From NCBI GenBank assembly GCA_014802335.1, contig JAAVCL010000024.1:7346-71345 (forward strand): 64,000 bases of DNA, read 5' to 3'. The translations under genes were made by a program, and so were the position numbers. Shown here piece after piece: positions 1-9,546 of this stretch; position 1 is the first letter of the stretch; every line of letters begins with the position of its first letter. The DNA is from Bacteroides sp. (lineage in GTDB: Bacteria; Bacteroidota; Bacteroidia; Bacteroidales; Muribaculaceae). Under the pieces are notes generated by a model, which did no database searches, was not told where the DNA came from, and worked only from the letters and a program-made list of their open reading frames with translations.

Positions 1-488
1 CCCATTGAAAATTTCTCTGAAAGCTTGCGTGAGTATCCCAAGTCAAAGGCAAATTCGTATGGATTAATTGTCTGCACATTCGGACCGTCATAAGACTGCC
101 CTGTAGTTACCTCACCCAGAGAAAAATATCTGAAAGAAGCCGATAAAGCCTGATTGTCTCCACTTCCAAGTTTCCAATATCCCGAAAGGTCGGCCAGAAA
201 GATATCGTTTACAATCTTACGCAGCCACGGAGTGTAAGAAATTGCCAGACCTCCTTGAGAATAGGCAAAAGCATATTTAGAAGGATTCCAGAATTGCGAG
301 TTCATATCGGGGTCGGTGGCAGCTCCGAGATTACCCATACCGCTTCCTCGTGCATCGGGGGTAATGCTCAGAGTGGTGACACCCGTGTTCACAGGGTTAA
401 ATTCATTATCCTTGATATCGTTTTGTGCCAACGCCGGGATACACATCCCAAACAACATGGCAATTGCAATGCACTCTCTGATTTTCAT
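1..488 (-). CDS. porV: T9SS outer-membrane shuttle protein PorV (5' part; runs off window edge)
   Basis: Not in ORF track; manual translation MKIRECIAIAMLFGMCIPALAQ...NPVNTGVTTLSITPDARGSGMGNLGAATDPDMNSQFWNPSKYAF...SYTPWLRKIVNDI matches the PorV N-terminus; directly downstream of a C25 gene. Confidence 0.92.
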   Translation of the reverse strand, partial: MKIRECIAIAMLFGMCIPALAQNDIKDNEFNPVNTGVTTLSITPDARGSGMGNLGAATDPDMNSQFWNPSKYAFAYSQGGLAISYTPWLRKIVNDIFLADLSGYWKLGSGDNQALSASFRYFSLGEVTTGQSYDGPNVQTINPYEFAFDLGYSRKLSEKFSM

Positions 489-507
489 ATCTTGTCTTAG
501 AAGTGTT

Positions 508-3500
508 TTAATCGATTTTGGTAAATTCAACCCAATTGGAGAATATTTTCGTTCCGCGCGGAGAATTTTCTTTCACAGCAGCCCGATAAGTTCCGGCAGC
601 ATAATCTGTAAGGTCAATTGTTTTGCTTTTCTCATCAAACGGGGCACTTTCCACTATTTTACCGTTGCGGTCTGAAATAACATATATCAGTTCGTAACTT
701 TCAACATTGCCGGCAGAAAGAGTCACCTCGTCGGTTGCAACTGCCGATGAAACAGTGAGCAGGAAAGGCTTTGATTCGGTAATATTGAATCTCACATTTA
801 TCGGGTTTGAAACGTTTCCTGCAACATCGGTCGCGCTGACAGTCGCCGTGTGTGAGCCTGAGGCAAGATGTGCGGTGCTCACGGCTACTGAAAGGAAATC
901 GCTCACCATATCTTTGGCCATCTCAGGGTTGACTTCAATTTTTTTGCCGTCGATGTGCAGCGTGACAGGTGCATCAGTATTTGAACATGCAATTCCCGTA
1001 TCGTCGGTTACATCAATTGTGAGCAGGTTTAAAAATTCATCATGAGATGCTGTCACTGCCGGGGCTTGAGTGTCGTGCAGAGCTGATTCGTCAGGGCTGC
1101 TTCCGAGCATTGGCATCACAACCGGGTGGTGTCCCGATGATGCCGAGCGGGTTTCAGGATTATATGTGCCCACAAACAGGCCGAGAGTTCGGGTTGAGTC
1201 GGGAGTTGACAGGAAATTATCAAGCTTGGCCGGCAGTTTAAGGCGCGCATTGAATTTGCCGTCTTTTACCTTGGTTCTTACCGAAGCCAATCGATAATCG
1301 TTTATCACCAGGCGTGGATTAGGAACAATAGTCCCGTTGTCGTCAACCGGATCAGCAACAATAGCTTTTTCTGATCTGGGTTCCATCAGTTTAATGGTGG
1401 CATATCCGTTATAGTCGGTGTCAATTTCACCGTTTATATTCAGAACTTCTCCGGTCACTTCCATCACCTCATCTCCACGATAGCAGGAACGGTCGGGTGT
1501 GATGTTCACTTTGCCGTAAGCCAGCGGCAATGGCAGTGCCGGGTCGCCGATTAACAAATATGCCTGCTTCGAGACATTATTTGTCATAGTCTTGGCCTGG
1601 GCATACAGTTCTCCGATGGTGGCTGTTTCCGTACGCGCCTGATTGTTCGTATCATAAAACATTGCATTGGCGAAATTCTCCGACAGAGCCTGGTTTTCAT
1701 GAGAAAGAACAGATCTGGTTGCGCAGATGGTTGCCATTAGCCCCTTTGTGTTGCGAATCACACCAAGGTCTCCGATGCCGTGATGCATTCTGTCGGGTTC
1801 GCAGAGATCGCACGCGGCCATAAAGAAGAACGCAGGTTCTTCATTTTCAAGGCGCATGAAGTCTTGAAATGTAAGCTGGCCGAAATCGCTGTTTCCGGCA
1901 TGGCCATAGTAGGTGGTGAGCAATTTGCCTCGACGAAGTGACGTCAGGGCAGTGTCTTTTACTTTCTTGAACCCCATTTGTTCGCTCCACAAGGGTGAGA
2001 CCGCAAATTGAGAACCGGCAATTTCCCCGGCGTAGGTATTATAGATATTGGCAAGTTTGAAGGCTTGGAAATCATGAATATGACTGTCGCCCTCGTCGCA
2101 GATGGTCATAAACTCATTCACCAGATTGGAGAAATCTTCTCTCTCAAGGTAATCGCCAATTTTCTTTACTGCAATTTCACCTTCTTCAAAACTTGAAATC
2201 GGAAGAAGGCCCACGCCAAGTTCCACACCCACGTTGCCCAGCATGCCGGTGGCGTTCATATAGTCGGTCATAATGCCGATATAATCTGTGCTTGCCGAGC
2301 CTTCAGCTCCTTCCGCCTTTTTCAGGTTAACTTTAGGTATCATATATACCGGCAGCCCGTCGGGGCGTTCGCTATGGCCATCAATGTTTCTGTAATCGGC
2401 ATATATGTTACCAATCAGAAGCACGTTTTTAAGCACTTCCGGTTGGGCGTGATACATCATTTTTACAAATGCGCGCAGGGCGGTCACATCCGGAGTGCCA
2501 TGATTGAATTCATTATAAATTTCTTCCGGAGTAGCAACCACAATACGGCCGTCGCCATGCAATTCATGGAGAGAAGCGATTCGCTCGGCATAGACCTTGA
2601 GGTGAGGAAGAGTGATGATAATCATCGACACCGGTTCCTGCTGGAGTGAATGAAGATTTTGGTTCTCGATTACTTTCCAGTCGGGATTAATGGAGAGCTG
2701 CGTGCGGTCGGGATTAAATGCAATCACTTGTGAAGTGTAACGCGCGTTGCTGTAGAAATTGCCGTCGGCAACATCAAGTGCTTTCGGATTCTGACGCCCG
2801 GTTATGTCCCACACAATGGTGTTCTCCGGCACCGGATGTTTCCATTTTCCTCCTGACACTTCCGGAAATGCCATGTATTGACTTGTGAAGCCGTTATCGT
2901 TTCGTGCATAGAGCAACGACACGGGGTAGGAGAGGGTCCAATAATCCACGGCCAGAGGCGAACCGGCCGGATATGCACCTGTTACACCAATCGCGAGGTT
3001 GCTTGTGCCACGGTGGTTATCAGCGTTTACGTTAAGGTGCATGTTGCTGTCCGGGCTCCCTAATGTATAGACATTCGAGGGCATGTTTGATATTTCAGAC
3101 GTTGTTGCCGAGCCTCCGAGAGAACATTCCACATACCCGCCGTTCTCAACGGTGTTTATATATTCAAGCCATACGAACGAGGGGGCGTCATAGCAATATT
3201 TCTTATCAATGGGAAAATTCAGCGGTTTGCCAAGATAAGCCTCTTCGCCCCAGAACACCTGTCCTTCCATATATTCATTGTGGCGCAAGTCTTTTTCGTG
3301 ATATTCACAGCCATAACCGTAGGCCACTTCCACGGCGTTGCTTTTATCGCTCACCGGGTTTGATTCCGGTGCTAAAGGTTCGCGAGAATCGGTCAAAAGA
3401 TAATAGCCTTTGTCGGAATATACGTTTTTCGACAGGCGGCGATGACGGTAGCGTTTATTAGCATAACCAAGTGTGGCGGCAGACATTGTCTCGGTGCCCA

Positions 3501-3849
3501 CTCCGTAGAATATTATTTTATTGCCCGTGTGAAGCACGGTGGCAGGCACAGGCACATCGCTGTATTTGGGAACACCCTTGCTGTCAGTAAAATTATAATC
3601 CAACATTCCTCCGCCCGTGCCGAATAAAGCAACTTTTGAAGGATCTGAAAATCCCATTGCTTTGAGCTGGTCGTAGGTTATTTCATAAAGTCCGGTTTCA
3701 TTGATAGAAAATTTTACCCACCTGCCCGATTCGAGGGGTGTGTTCTCTGAAAATTTATAATCATATCTTGGTTCGGCTCCGTTAGAGCTCAGAACTCCCG
3801 ATATGAGTGCAAACGATAAAAGGGTATTATGGAAAAAACGTTTTTTCAT
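508..3849 (-). CDS. PorU-like C25 family cysteine peptidase (divergent second copy)
   Basis: Signal peptide; N-terminal 'LESGRWVKFSINETGLYEITYDQLKAMGF'; C25 motifs 'IYNEFNHG', 'YYGHAG', 'AACDLC', 'LLIGDPAL'. Start set at ATG 3849, which overlaps the FAH stop (ATGA). Confidence 0.85.
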   Translation of the reverse strand: MKKRFFHNTLLSFALISGVLSSNGAEPRYDYKFSENTPLESGRWVKFSINETGLYEITYDQLKAMGFSDPSKVALFGTGGGMLDYNFTDSKGVPKYSDVPVPATVLHTGNKIIFYGVGTETMSAATLGYANKRYRHRRLSKNVYSDKGYYLLTDSREPLAPESNPVSDKSNAVEVAYGYGCEYHEKDLRHNEYMEGQVFWGEEAYLGKPLNFPIDKKYCYDAPSFVWLEYINTVENGGYVECSLGGSATTSEISNMPSNVYTLGSPDSNMHLNVNADNHRGTSNLAIGVTGAYPAGSPLAVDYWTLSYPVSLLYARNDNGFTSQYMAFPEVSGGKWKHPVPENTIVWDITGRQNPKALDVADGNFYSNARYTSQVIAFNPDRTQLSINPDWKVIENQNLHSLQQEPVSMIIITLPHLKVYAERIASLHELHGDGRIVVATPEEIYNEFNHGTPDVTALRAFVKMMYHAQPEVLKNVLLIGNIYADYRNIDGHSERPDGLPVYMIPKVNLKKAEGAEGSASTDYIGIMTDYMNATGMLGNVGVELGVGLLPISSFEEGEIAVKKIGDYLEREDFSNLVNEFMTICDEGDSHIHDFQAFKLANIYNTYAGEIAGSQFAVSPLWSEQMGFKKVKDTALTSLRRGKLLTTYYGHAGNSDFGQLTFQDFMRLENEEPAFFFMAACDLCEPDRMHHGIGDLGVIRNTKGLMATICATRSVLSHENQALSENFANAMFYDTNNQARTETATIGELYAQAKTMTNNVSKQAYLLIGDPALPLPLAYGKVNITPDRSCYRGDEVMEVTGEVLNINGEIDTDYNGYATIKLMEPRSEKAIVADPVDDNGTIVPNPRLVINDYRLASVRTKVKDGKFNARLKLPAKLDNFLSTPDSTRTLGLFVGTYNPETRSASSGHHPVVMPMLGSSPDESALHDTQAPAVTASHDEFLNLLTIDVTDDTGIACSNTDAPVTLHIDGKKIEVNPEMAKDMVSDFLSVAVSTAHLASGSHTATVSATDVAGNVSNPINVRFNITESKPFLLTVSSAVATDEVTLSAGNVESYELIYVISDRNGKIVESAPFDEKSKTIDLTDYAAGTYRAAVKENSPRGTKIFSNWVEFTKID

Positions 3850-4454
3850 CTTATGTTGAAGTCTAAAATTGTGCCACCCGTTTTCGAGTTCATGCAAAGT
3901 CTTGTGTCAGGTTTAAGTTCAATACCTTGCGGTGTCAGGCCGGCGAGTATTAAATCGCCGTTTTTTAAGGTGTTATCCTTACTTAAAATGCTTATCACGG
4001 ATTCAATTCCGGCCAAGAGATCACCCGTGCGATAGGTCATGTTGGAATCACCGCAGCAGATTTCCACTTCATCTAAATATAGTAACGTTTCGATTGGCTG
4101 CAAATTGCCAAGAAGCAGACTTCTGTCGAAAGATGTGGCACGTGTCCAGGGGGCTCCGGTGGCCCTGAGTTTGCCGAGCAAGTCGGTTGCCACAACTGCT
4201 GCTCCCATTGTGATGCTGTCAATATAACGCGAAGCGAATCTCGGCGCTATGCTTTTCCCAAGCCTTCCGATGCGATAGACGATGCTTGGAAAGGCTTGAA
4301 ATTCCGATGCGAAATCAGGCACAAAAAATGGATTTCCTGATCTTAACACTGATGAATCCGGCATTTCATACCAATCAATGCTTCCTTCAGAAATGCGGAA
4401 CGGCGATTTTTTAAGAGGATCGGGGGTATTATTGATTATTGCAAAAATCTTCAT
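3846..4454 (-). CDS. Fumarylacetoacetate hydrolase family protein
   Basis: 'PDSSVLRSGNPFFVPDF', 'RLGKSIAPRFASRY', 'TLKNGDLILAG' typical of Bacteroidales FAH-family proteins beside rex/porU. Confidence 0.8.
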   Translation of the reverse strand: MKIFAIINNTPDPLKKSPFRISEGSIDWYEMPDSSVLRSGNPFFVPDFASEFQAFPSIVYRIGRLGKSIAPRFASRYIDSITMGAAVVATDLLGKLRATGAPWTRATSFDRSLLLGNLQPIETLLYLDEVEICCGDSNMTYRTGDLLAGIESVISILSKDNTLKNGDLILAGLTPQGIELKPDTRLCMNSKTGGTILDFNIR

Positions 4455-4459
4455 CTTTT

Positions 4460-5098
4460 TTATTGAAGCGAGTTGAGACGAGTGAAAATCAGTGCCAGGT
4501 GGGAATAGATCGATGTGTTTGCCATCACAACGCCTTCGGCCACCTTTACCCTGTAAGGCGTGAAGTTCCAGATAGCTTTTATTCCTGCGCCGACGGCTAT
4601 GTCGGCCGATTCCTGAGCTACCTCCGGGGGAACCGTGAGAATGGCAATCTCAGCCGGATTATGTTTCATTTCTTCATAAATTGCATTGATATCCCTGATA
4701 GGCACGCCAAGGTCATCGCGCCCGGTGACATTTGGAGATATATCGAATCCGGCCACAATCTGCAGCCCGTAATTAGATAGTCCGGAATCGCGGATAAGGG
4801 CGTTTCCAAGACTTCCGCACCCGATCACGTAGGCACGGTGCTGATGTGAGAAACCAAGAAAATCACCTAACGCGCGGCTCAGATCATTCACTTCATATCC
4901 GATGCGCGTGCGCCCTTTTACCCCAAGAAATGAAAGATCTTTGGCTATCTGGGAAGCATCGACGCTAAGTGCTTTGGAGATGCGCGTGGAAGATACATGC
5001 TTCACGCCTTTGTGTCGCAGAATGTCGACATAAGCGAGATACCACGGAAGCCGACGAAGTGTCGGCTCCGGTAGTAGTATATTGGTCAATGAGTTCAT
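4460..5098 (-). CDS. rex: Redox-sensing transcriptional repressor Rex
   Basis: 'PEPTLRRLPWYL', 'SQIAKDLS', 'GRTRIGY', Rossmann 'GCGSLG', 'GIKAIWNFTP'. Confidence 0.95.
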   Translation of the reverse strand: MNSLTNILLPEPTLRRLPWYLAYVDILRHKGVKHVSSTRISKALSVDASQIAKDLSFLGVKGRTRIGYEVNDLSRALGDFLGFSHQHRAYVIGCGSLGNALIRDSGLSNYGLQIVAGFDISPNVTGRDDLGVPIRDINAIYEEMKHNPAEIAILTVPPEVAQESADIAVGAGIKAIWNFTPYRVKVAEGVVMANTSIYSHLALIFTRLNSLQ

Positions 5099-8000
5099 TG
5101 AGCTGCTGCAATTGCTATTTTCTTTGATTTGGTGCTGTATGTGCCTTCGGGCGTCTGAATTGTCACCCGATAGATATAAATGCCGCGAGGTATTCTTGTC
5201 CCGGCAGAATCAGTCATATCCCAGCGCGAGGTGATAGTGCTTTCCATTCCTGTGCTGAGTGTCTGTTCTTCACTCCACAGACGGCGCCCGTTCAGGTCGA
5301 ATACCCCTGTTTCACACTCGAGTGTGGTGTTCGGACAGTCGAGACTTATCTGAAAATCGACGTAGGTGTCTTTCACACTGGCCGTAATATCATAAATCAC
5401 GGGATCAATTGCAACTCCGACGTTTGCCTCAAGTGTGGATTTCGACACATTGTTGGCATTGTCCCATACGGTCAGCGTAAGCTTGTGCTGCCCCGAGGGG
5501 AGGTTTTCTATCGGATACTTCAGATATCCAGTCGACGGGTTCTCGGGGTCTTGAGCATAATATGTGTTCAGCCCGGTGCGCACTTCTGAATCGTCGATGG
5601 TAAGGGTCATTGAATGGCCTATGCCCGAATCAGAGATGTTGATGCCCGATTCGTCGGTGATTGTGGCATAAAGCACCGGATTTGAATTAACCACGCTGCC
5701 ATTGGTGAAGTGGGGTGAGTTCAGATAAAAATCTGTTATTTCAGGACCCTTGGTGTCTGTTTCAGGCGATTCGTTGAAACCGTAGACATATAGATTCGTT
5801 GTTACCCCGGCTGCTTCCAGCCCACTATCAGAGTATGCATACCCGGCAATCAGAGCCGGCGAATAATTACCTTGAATTTCAGGAGGAACACGCAGGATTC
5901 CGCTCCAATAACCATCTTTAACTTTGAGGGTTACGGTGGAAAGACGCTTGTCGCGGTCGTTATAGCTTGTGACTATACCCGACGTTCCTTGTCCCAATGT
6001 GGTCATGACGCGTTCGGCATCATAAAGATCAAGTGTGATGTTGCCCGAGAAGTCGGTATTTACCGAGCCGTCAGGATGGCTCACGAATCCCTCGATGGTT
6101 GCCGATGAAGAGGCGGTAAGTTCCGGAAGCACAATTTCATCCCCGGTTAAGTCGGTGCCGTTGATTGAGGTGAACACAACCTTTGACGAGCCTCCGGGTA
6201 TCTTGATTGCAGGGTCACCGATAAATACGTAACGCAAGGTGTTGGAGTCATGATAGCTGTTTTTCCCGGCGCGGTAGATGTCTCCGAAACGGCGCGGTTC
6301 TCCATTGGCATCGGTCTTGAATAATTCTTCACTGAATTTCTTATTCAGACTTCCATTTTCCGAAACATAGACTGTGCGCAATGTCGTGATCAGACCTATC
6401 GCTCCGGCTGTAGGATTCAACATCAGTTTTTCGCCTGCCGAAATTGTTGATTCGTCGCAAGGCGTAAAACGGCATGTGGCCGAAAGAATGAAGGTGAGTC
6501 GCGAATTTTTCATGGCGTTGATCTGCTCCCATGTCCACAGCTGTTCGTGACACCAACCCACCGGTGAGCCATGACCTATATAGTTTGTGAACAGAACGCC
6601 ATCGTTGTAATTGCGCAACATGCGCTCGGTGGCCTGCGGATAGGTAGGCCCCGTTCCTGTCATCACACGTTTGTAGGTGTCGAGATATATACGGTCGTAG
6701 ACATGGCTCGAACCGTTCCCGTTTTTGTTCATCTGGGAATATACATCCTGAGCCTGGTTAAAGTGAGCGTTGCTGTCATCATCATCGGCAATGATCATAA
6801 CTTTATTTCTCCACGAACCCAAATCGGGTGTCTTCACATATTTTTCGATTTTTTCGGCCATTTGCAGAGCCTCGGTCGATGACGTCACCGGAAGACGCCC
6901 AACTGCTATGGATAGGGGTGCTTTCGACAGATTAAATGATTCATTTGTGCAATCACTCAATGTAGCGATATAGTCATCGGTCGAGTAAGATTCATGTTCA
7001 TCATTACCCGTATAGCTTTCATATATCAGCAGAGGAGTATAGTTCAGGTTTTTAGCGGCGGCGGATACGAGCTTGTTATCATAGAAAGGACGCCCCATCA
7101 ACAGGCAATAACCCAGTTTGTGACCATCTTCATCTTCTCCACGGTCATACCACATTTTCAGCATGTTGCGGAAAGCCCCTAAATCCGGTTTGCCACCGGA
7201 AAACTCGTTATAAATATTCTGCACTTCAAGCACATGCACGCGGAAGCCGTCGGTTTCTTCATGAACTTTAGCTATGCGTTCTGCTCCCTCTTTATATTCT
7301 GGAAGTGTGATTATAACCATGTCGGGAGTGGTCAATCCATGAATATTCTGGTTGACAACAGTTCCGGCGGAGACCGCATTGCGCGACACTCCCTCCGGGT
7401 CAAATGCTATAAACTCGCGATAGGCTTTCTGAGGAACTCCGAAACAGGCCTTGTCGCCCTCAAGTGTGAAATCAACTTCTTTCACACTTGCAGCATCGGT
7501 AACATCCCAGATAGTAGTCGACGCCGAGCACCCGCTTATTGTTATTGTCTGGCCGGGTTGGAACTCGCCATAGAAATGAAGCTCTCCGTTATTGAGGCTG
7601 AGTTTTCGGTTATAGAAATATTCTATATAATCAAGTCTCGCAAAAAAGAGTGTGCCGGTCTGGGAATAGTCTATTGTTACACTTACCTCATCGTCTGCCG
7701 AGGCAAAAGATTTCACACTGGTCCGTGTGGAATAATACTTATCAGATGATGTGGAGCCGATTATGTCGCTTGTTGTTGAAGACAGTTGTTGGCCATTCGC
7801 CTTGATTATCAGCGAACTTTGACCGTTTGTGGTCTTGGCCCCGAAACGAACAGACACGATGTTCTGATCGTCAATCGCATCAGTGCGTTTAAAATTGAAG
7901 TTCTGGCTTCTTTTTGTGCGGAAATCTTCTCCGAAAATCTGCCGGCCACTTTCTCCACCGAATTCCTGTTCCTCTTCATGAAGCAAACGGGCCACGAATG

Positions 8001-8493
8001 ATGTGACTTTTTCTTCTCCACCGGATGTGGTCTCTGCACGTCGGGGTTCTCCGGCAGCATCGCGGTCGGAAAGAAAGTAATAGTTATCGTGACTGTAGGG
8101 GTGAATGTCGTGAGTGTAGGGAGTTTCGCCACCGGTGGTTTTATTCCACGTGATGTGGTCGGCTCCGAAAAAAACGATGCCCTTCTTTGTGCGGATGCTC
8201 GGTTGGATCGGCAGGTCGTCGGGGGTGGATGTCGTAAAACCGGGGGCGCATGCAGCTCCTCCGCGACCATATACCCGCACCTTTGCAGGGTCATTGAATC
8301 CCAATTTCCTTAATTCGGCATCTGTAATAAGATGCATACCTGTGCCACTCACTTTCACCCGCGCCCAATGCCCGTCGGCAAGGGCGGATGTGGAGGCATA
8401 GTGAGTGGTGGGAAGTGCGTGAATTGGGTTACCTGTCATAAACACGGCGGTCCCCAACATTATCATTGACAATAATCTGAGTGCTCTTTTCAT
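5095..8493 (-). CDS. porU: T9SS sortase PorU (C25 family)
   Basis: Signal peptide; 'SALADGHWARVKV'; 'IYNEFSGGKPD', 'VGRLPV', catalytic 'YIGHGS' and 'ATCRF', 'FIGDPA'; C-terminal FlgD/CTD-like 'GIYIYRV...KSKKI'. Confidence 0.9.
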   Translation of the reverse strand: MKRALRLLSMIMLGTAVFMTGNPIHALPTTHYASTSALADGHWARVKVSGTGMHLITDAELRKLGFNDPAKVRVYGRGGAACAPGFTTSTPDDLPIQPSIRTKKGIVFFGADHITWNKTTGGETPYTHDIHPYSHDNYYFLSDRDAAGEPRRAETTSGGEEKVTSFVARLLHEEEQEFGGESGRQIFGEDFRTKRSQNFNFKRTDAIDDQNIVSVRFGAKTTNGQSSLIIKANGQQLSSTTSDIIGSTSSDKYYSTRTSVKSFASADDEVSVTIDYSQTGTLFFARLDYIEYFYNRKLSLNNGELHFYGEFQPGQTITISGCSASTTIWDVTDAASVKEVDFTLEGDKACFGVPQKAYREFIAFDPEGVSRNAVSAGTVVNQNIHGLTTPDMVIITLPEYKEGAERIAKVHEETDGFRVHVLEVQNIYNEFSGGKPDLGAFRNMLKMWYDRGEDEDGHKLGYCLLMGRPFYDNKLVSAAAKNLNYTPLLIYESYTGNDEHESYSTDDYIATLSDCTNESFNLSKAPLSIAVGRLPVTSSTEALQMAEKIEKYVKTPDLGSWRNKVMIIADDDDSNAHFNQAQDVYSQMNKNGNGSSHVYDRIYLDTYKRVMTGTGPTYPQATERMLRNYNDGVLFTNYIGHGSPVGWCHEQLWTWEQINAMKNSRLTFILSATCRFTPCDESTISAGEKLMLNPTAGAIGLITTLRTVYVSENGSLNKKFSEELFKTDANGEPRRFGDIYRAGKNSYHDSNTLRYVFIGDPAIKIPGGSSKVVFTSINGTDLTGDEIVLPELTASSSATIEGFVSHPDGSVNTDFSGNITLDLYDAERVMTTLGQGTSGIVTSYNDRDKRLSTVTLKVKDGYWSGILRVPPEIQGNYSPALIAGYAYSDSGLEAAGVTTNLYVYGFNESPETDTKGPEITDFYLNSPHFTNGSVVNSNPVLYATITDESGINISDSGIGHSMTLTIDDSEVRTGLNTYYAQDPENPSTGYLKYPIENLPSGQHKLTLTVWDNANNVSKSTLEANVGVAIDPVIYDITASVKDTYVDFQISLDCPNTTLECETGVFDLNGRRLWSEEQTLSTGMESTITSRWDMTDSAGTRIPRGIYIYRVTIQTPEGTYSTKSKKIAIAAAQ

Positions 8494-8524
8494 CTATATT
8501 TTAACGGCCTAAAGCTATGGTTTA

Positions 8525-9283
8525 TTATGGATTTTCAAACATATTTTCCCAGTCTTCACGACTGCCCGAAAATGCGTTCAGATCTACTTCTCCACGGATT
8601 CCGGCAACTTTGCCGCGGTGGTTATACTGCCAGAATGTCCAGTCGCGATTTCTGGCATTCTCTGAAGTGAAAGAGCAGATCCAAAGGGGCATTCCGTTGT
8701 ATTCGTCAACAAGATATTTTTCCCACCCGTCGCGATTTGAGTAGAAGGTGACCCGGTGTCCGGCCATATTAAGATACTCCACCATCATTTCAAGACGCAT
8801 TTTTATGGTATCAAGAGGGATATTTGTGGGATTCCCCTGTTCTTCAACATCTATGGCCAGCCCAAGGTCAAGATGCCGATTTCCCACCGAGCGTAGAAAA
8901 TTCACGGCTTGTTCAACTCCGTCGCGGTCGAACCTGAAGAAATGATACGCCCCGACTTTCATCCCGGCATGCATCGCTTTCTGATAATTTAAAACGAAAT
9001 TGGCATCACGGTGGGTTGCTCCCTCGCTTGCTTTCAAGAACACAAATTCATATCCGTCGTCGGCGGCTGCGTTAAGATTGGCATATCCGTTATGGGCGGA
9101 AAGATCTATGCCGCGAATGGGAAATCGTTCTTCGTCAACGTAAGGGGGCGAAATCATATACTGGTGCCACGCCCACCAGCCTGCATAGCAAAGCAATGCG
9201 GTGACCACCACAAACAGACCTGCTATCAGCAAGTCGTTGCGGCTCCGTTTTTTGATTTTTATTTCACATTCCTGCGGCTCCAC
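8525..9283 (-). CDS. GH25 lysozyme/muramidase with N-terminal membrane anchor
   Basis: 'GIDLSAHNG', 'FLKASEG', 'GAYHFF', 'IDVEE', 'WTFWQY', 'VDLNAF'. Confidence 0.9.
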   Translation of the reverse strand: MEPQECEIKIKKRSRNDLLIAGLFVVVTALLCYAGWWAWHQYMISPPYVDEERFPIRGIDLSAHNGYANLNAAADDGYEFVFLKASEGATHRDANFVLNYQKAMHAGMKVGAYHFFRFDRDGVEQAVNFLRSVGNRHLDLGLAIDVEEQGNPTNIPLDTIKMRLEMMVEYLNMAGHRVTFYSNRDGWEKYLVDEYNGMPLWICSFTSENARNRDWTFWQYNHRGKVAGIRGEVDLNAFSGSREDWENMFENP

Positions 9284-9351
9284 AGTTTTATAATCTCGGT
9301 CGGAGGGGTTTATTTCGCAAAAATAAGTAAATTTTTTAACCCGTGACTATA

Positions 9352-9546
9352 TGAAGTCGTTTAAACTTTTTACGAAAACCTAAAAAGTGTTTAAAATTGT
9401 TTTCTTCAAGGCTAATATTCATTAATATTTTGGCGCCTTTCGATTCTTTCATCAGTCGCATAGCCCGCTATGCTCCTTCTTCAAGAATCCAAATTCGCTC
9501 AAAATCTTAATAAATCTTATCCTTGAAAAAAGTTTAAACGACTTCA
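9352..9546. mobile_element. MITE-like palindromic element (195 bp) with perfect 20-bp terminal inverted repeats
   Basis: TGAAGTCGTTTAAACTTTTT (9352-9371) and its exact reverse complement (9527-9546); imperfect inner arms and central GCATAGC-CC-GCTATGC hairpin; no ORF. Confidence 0.65.
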
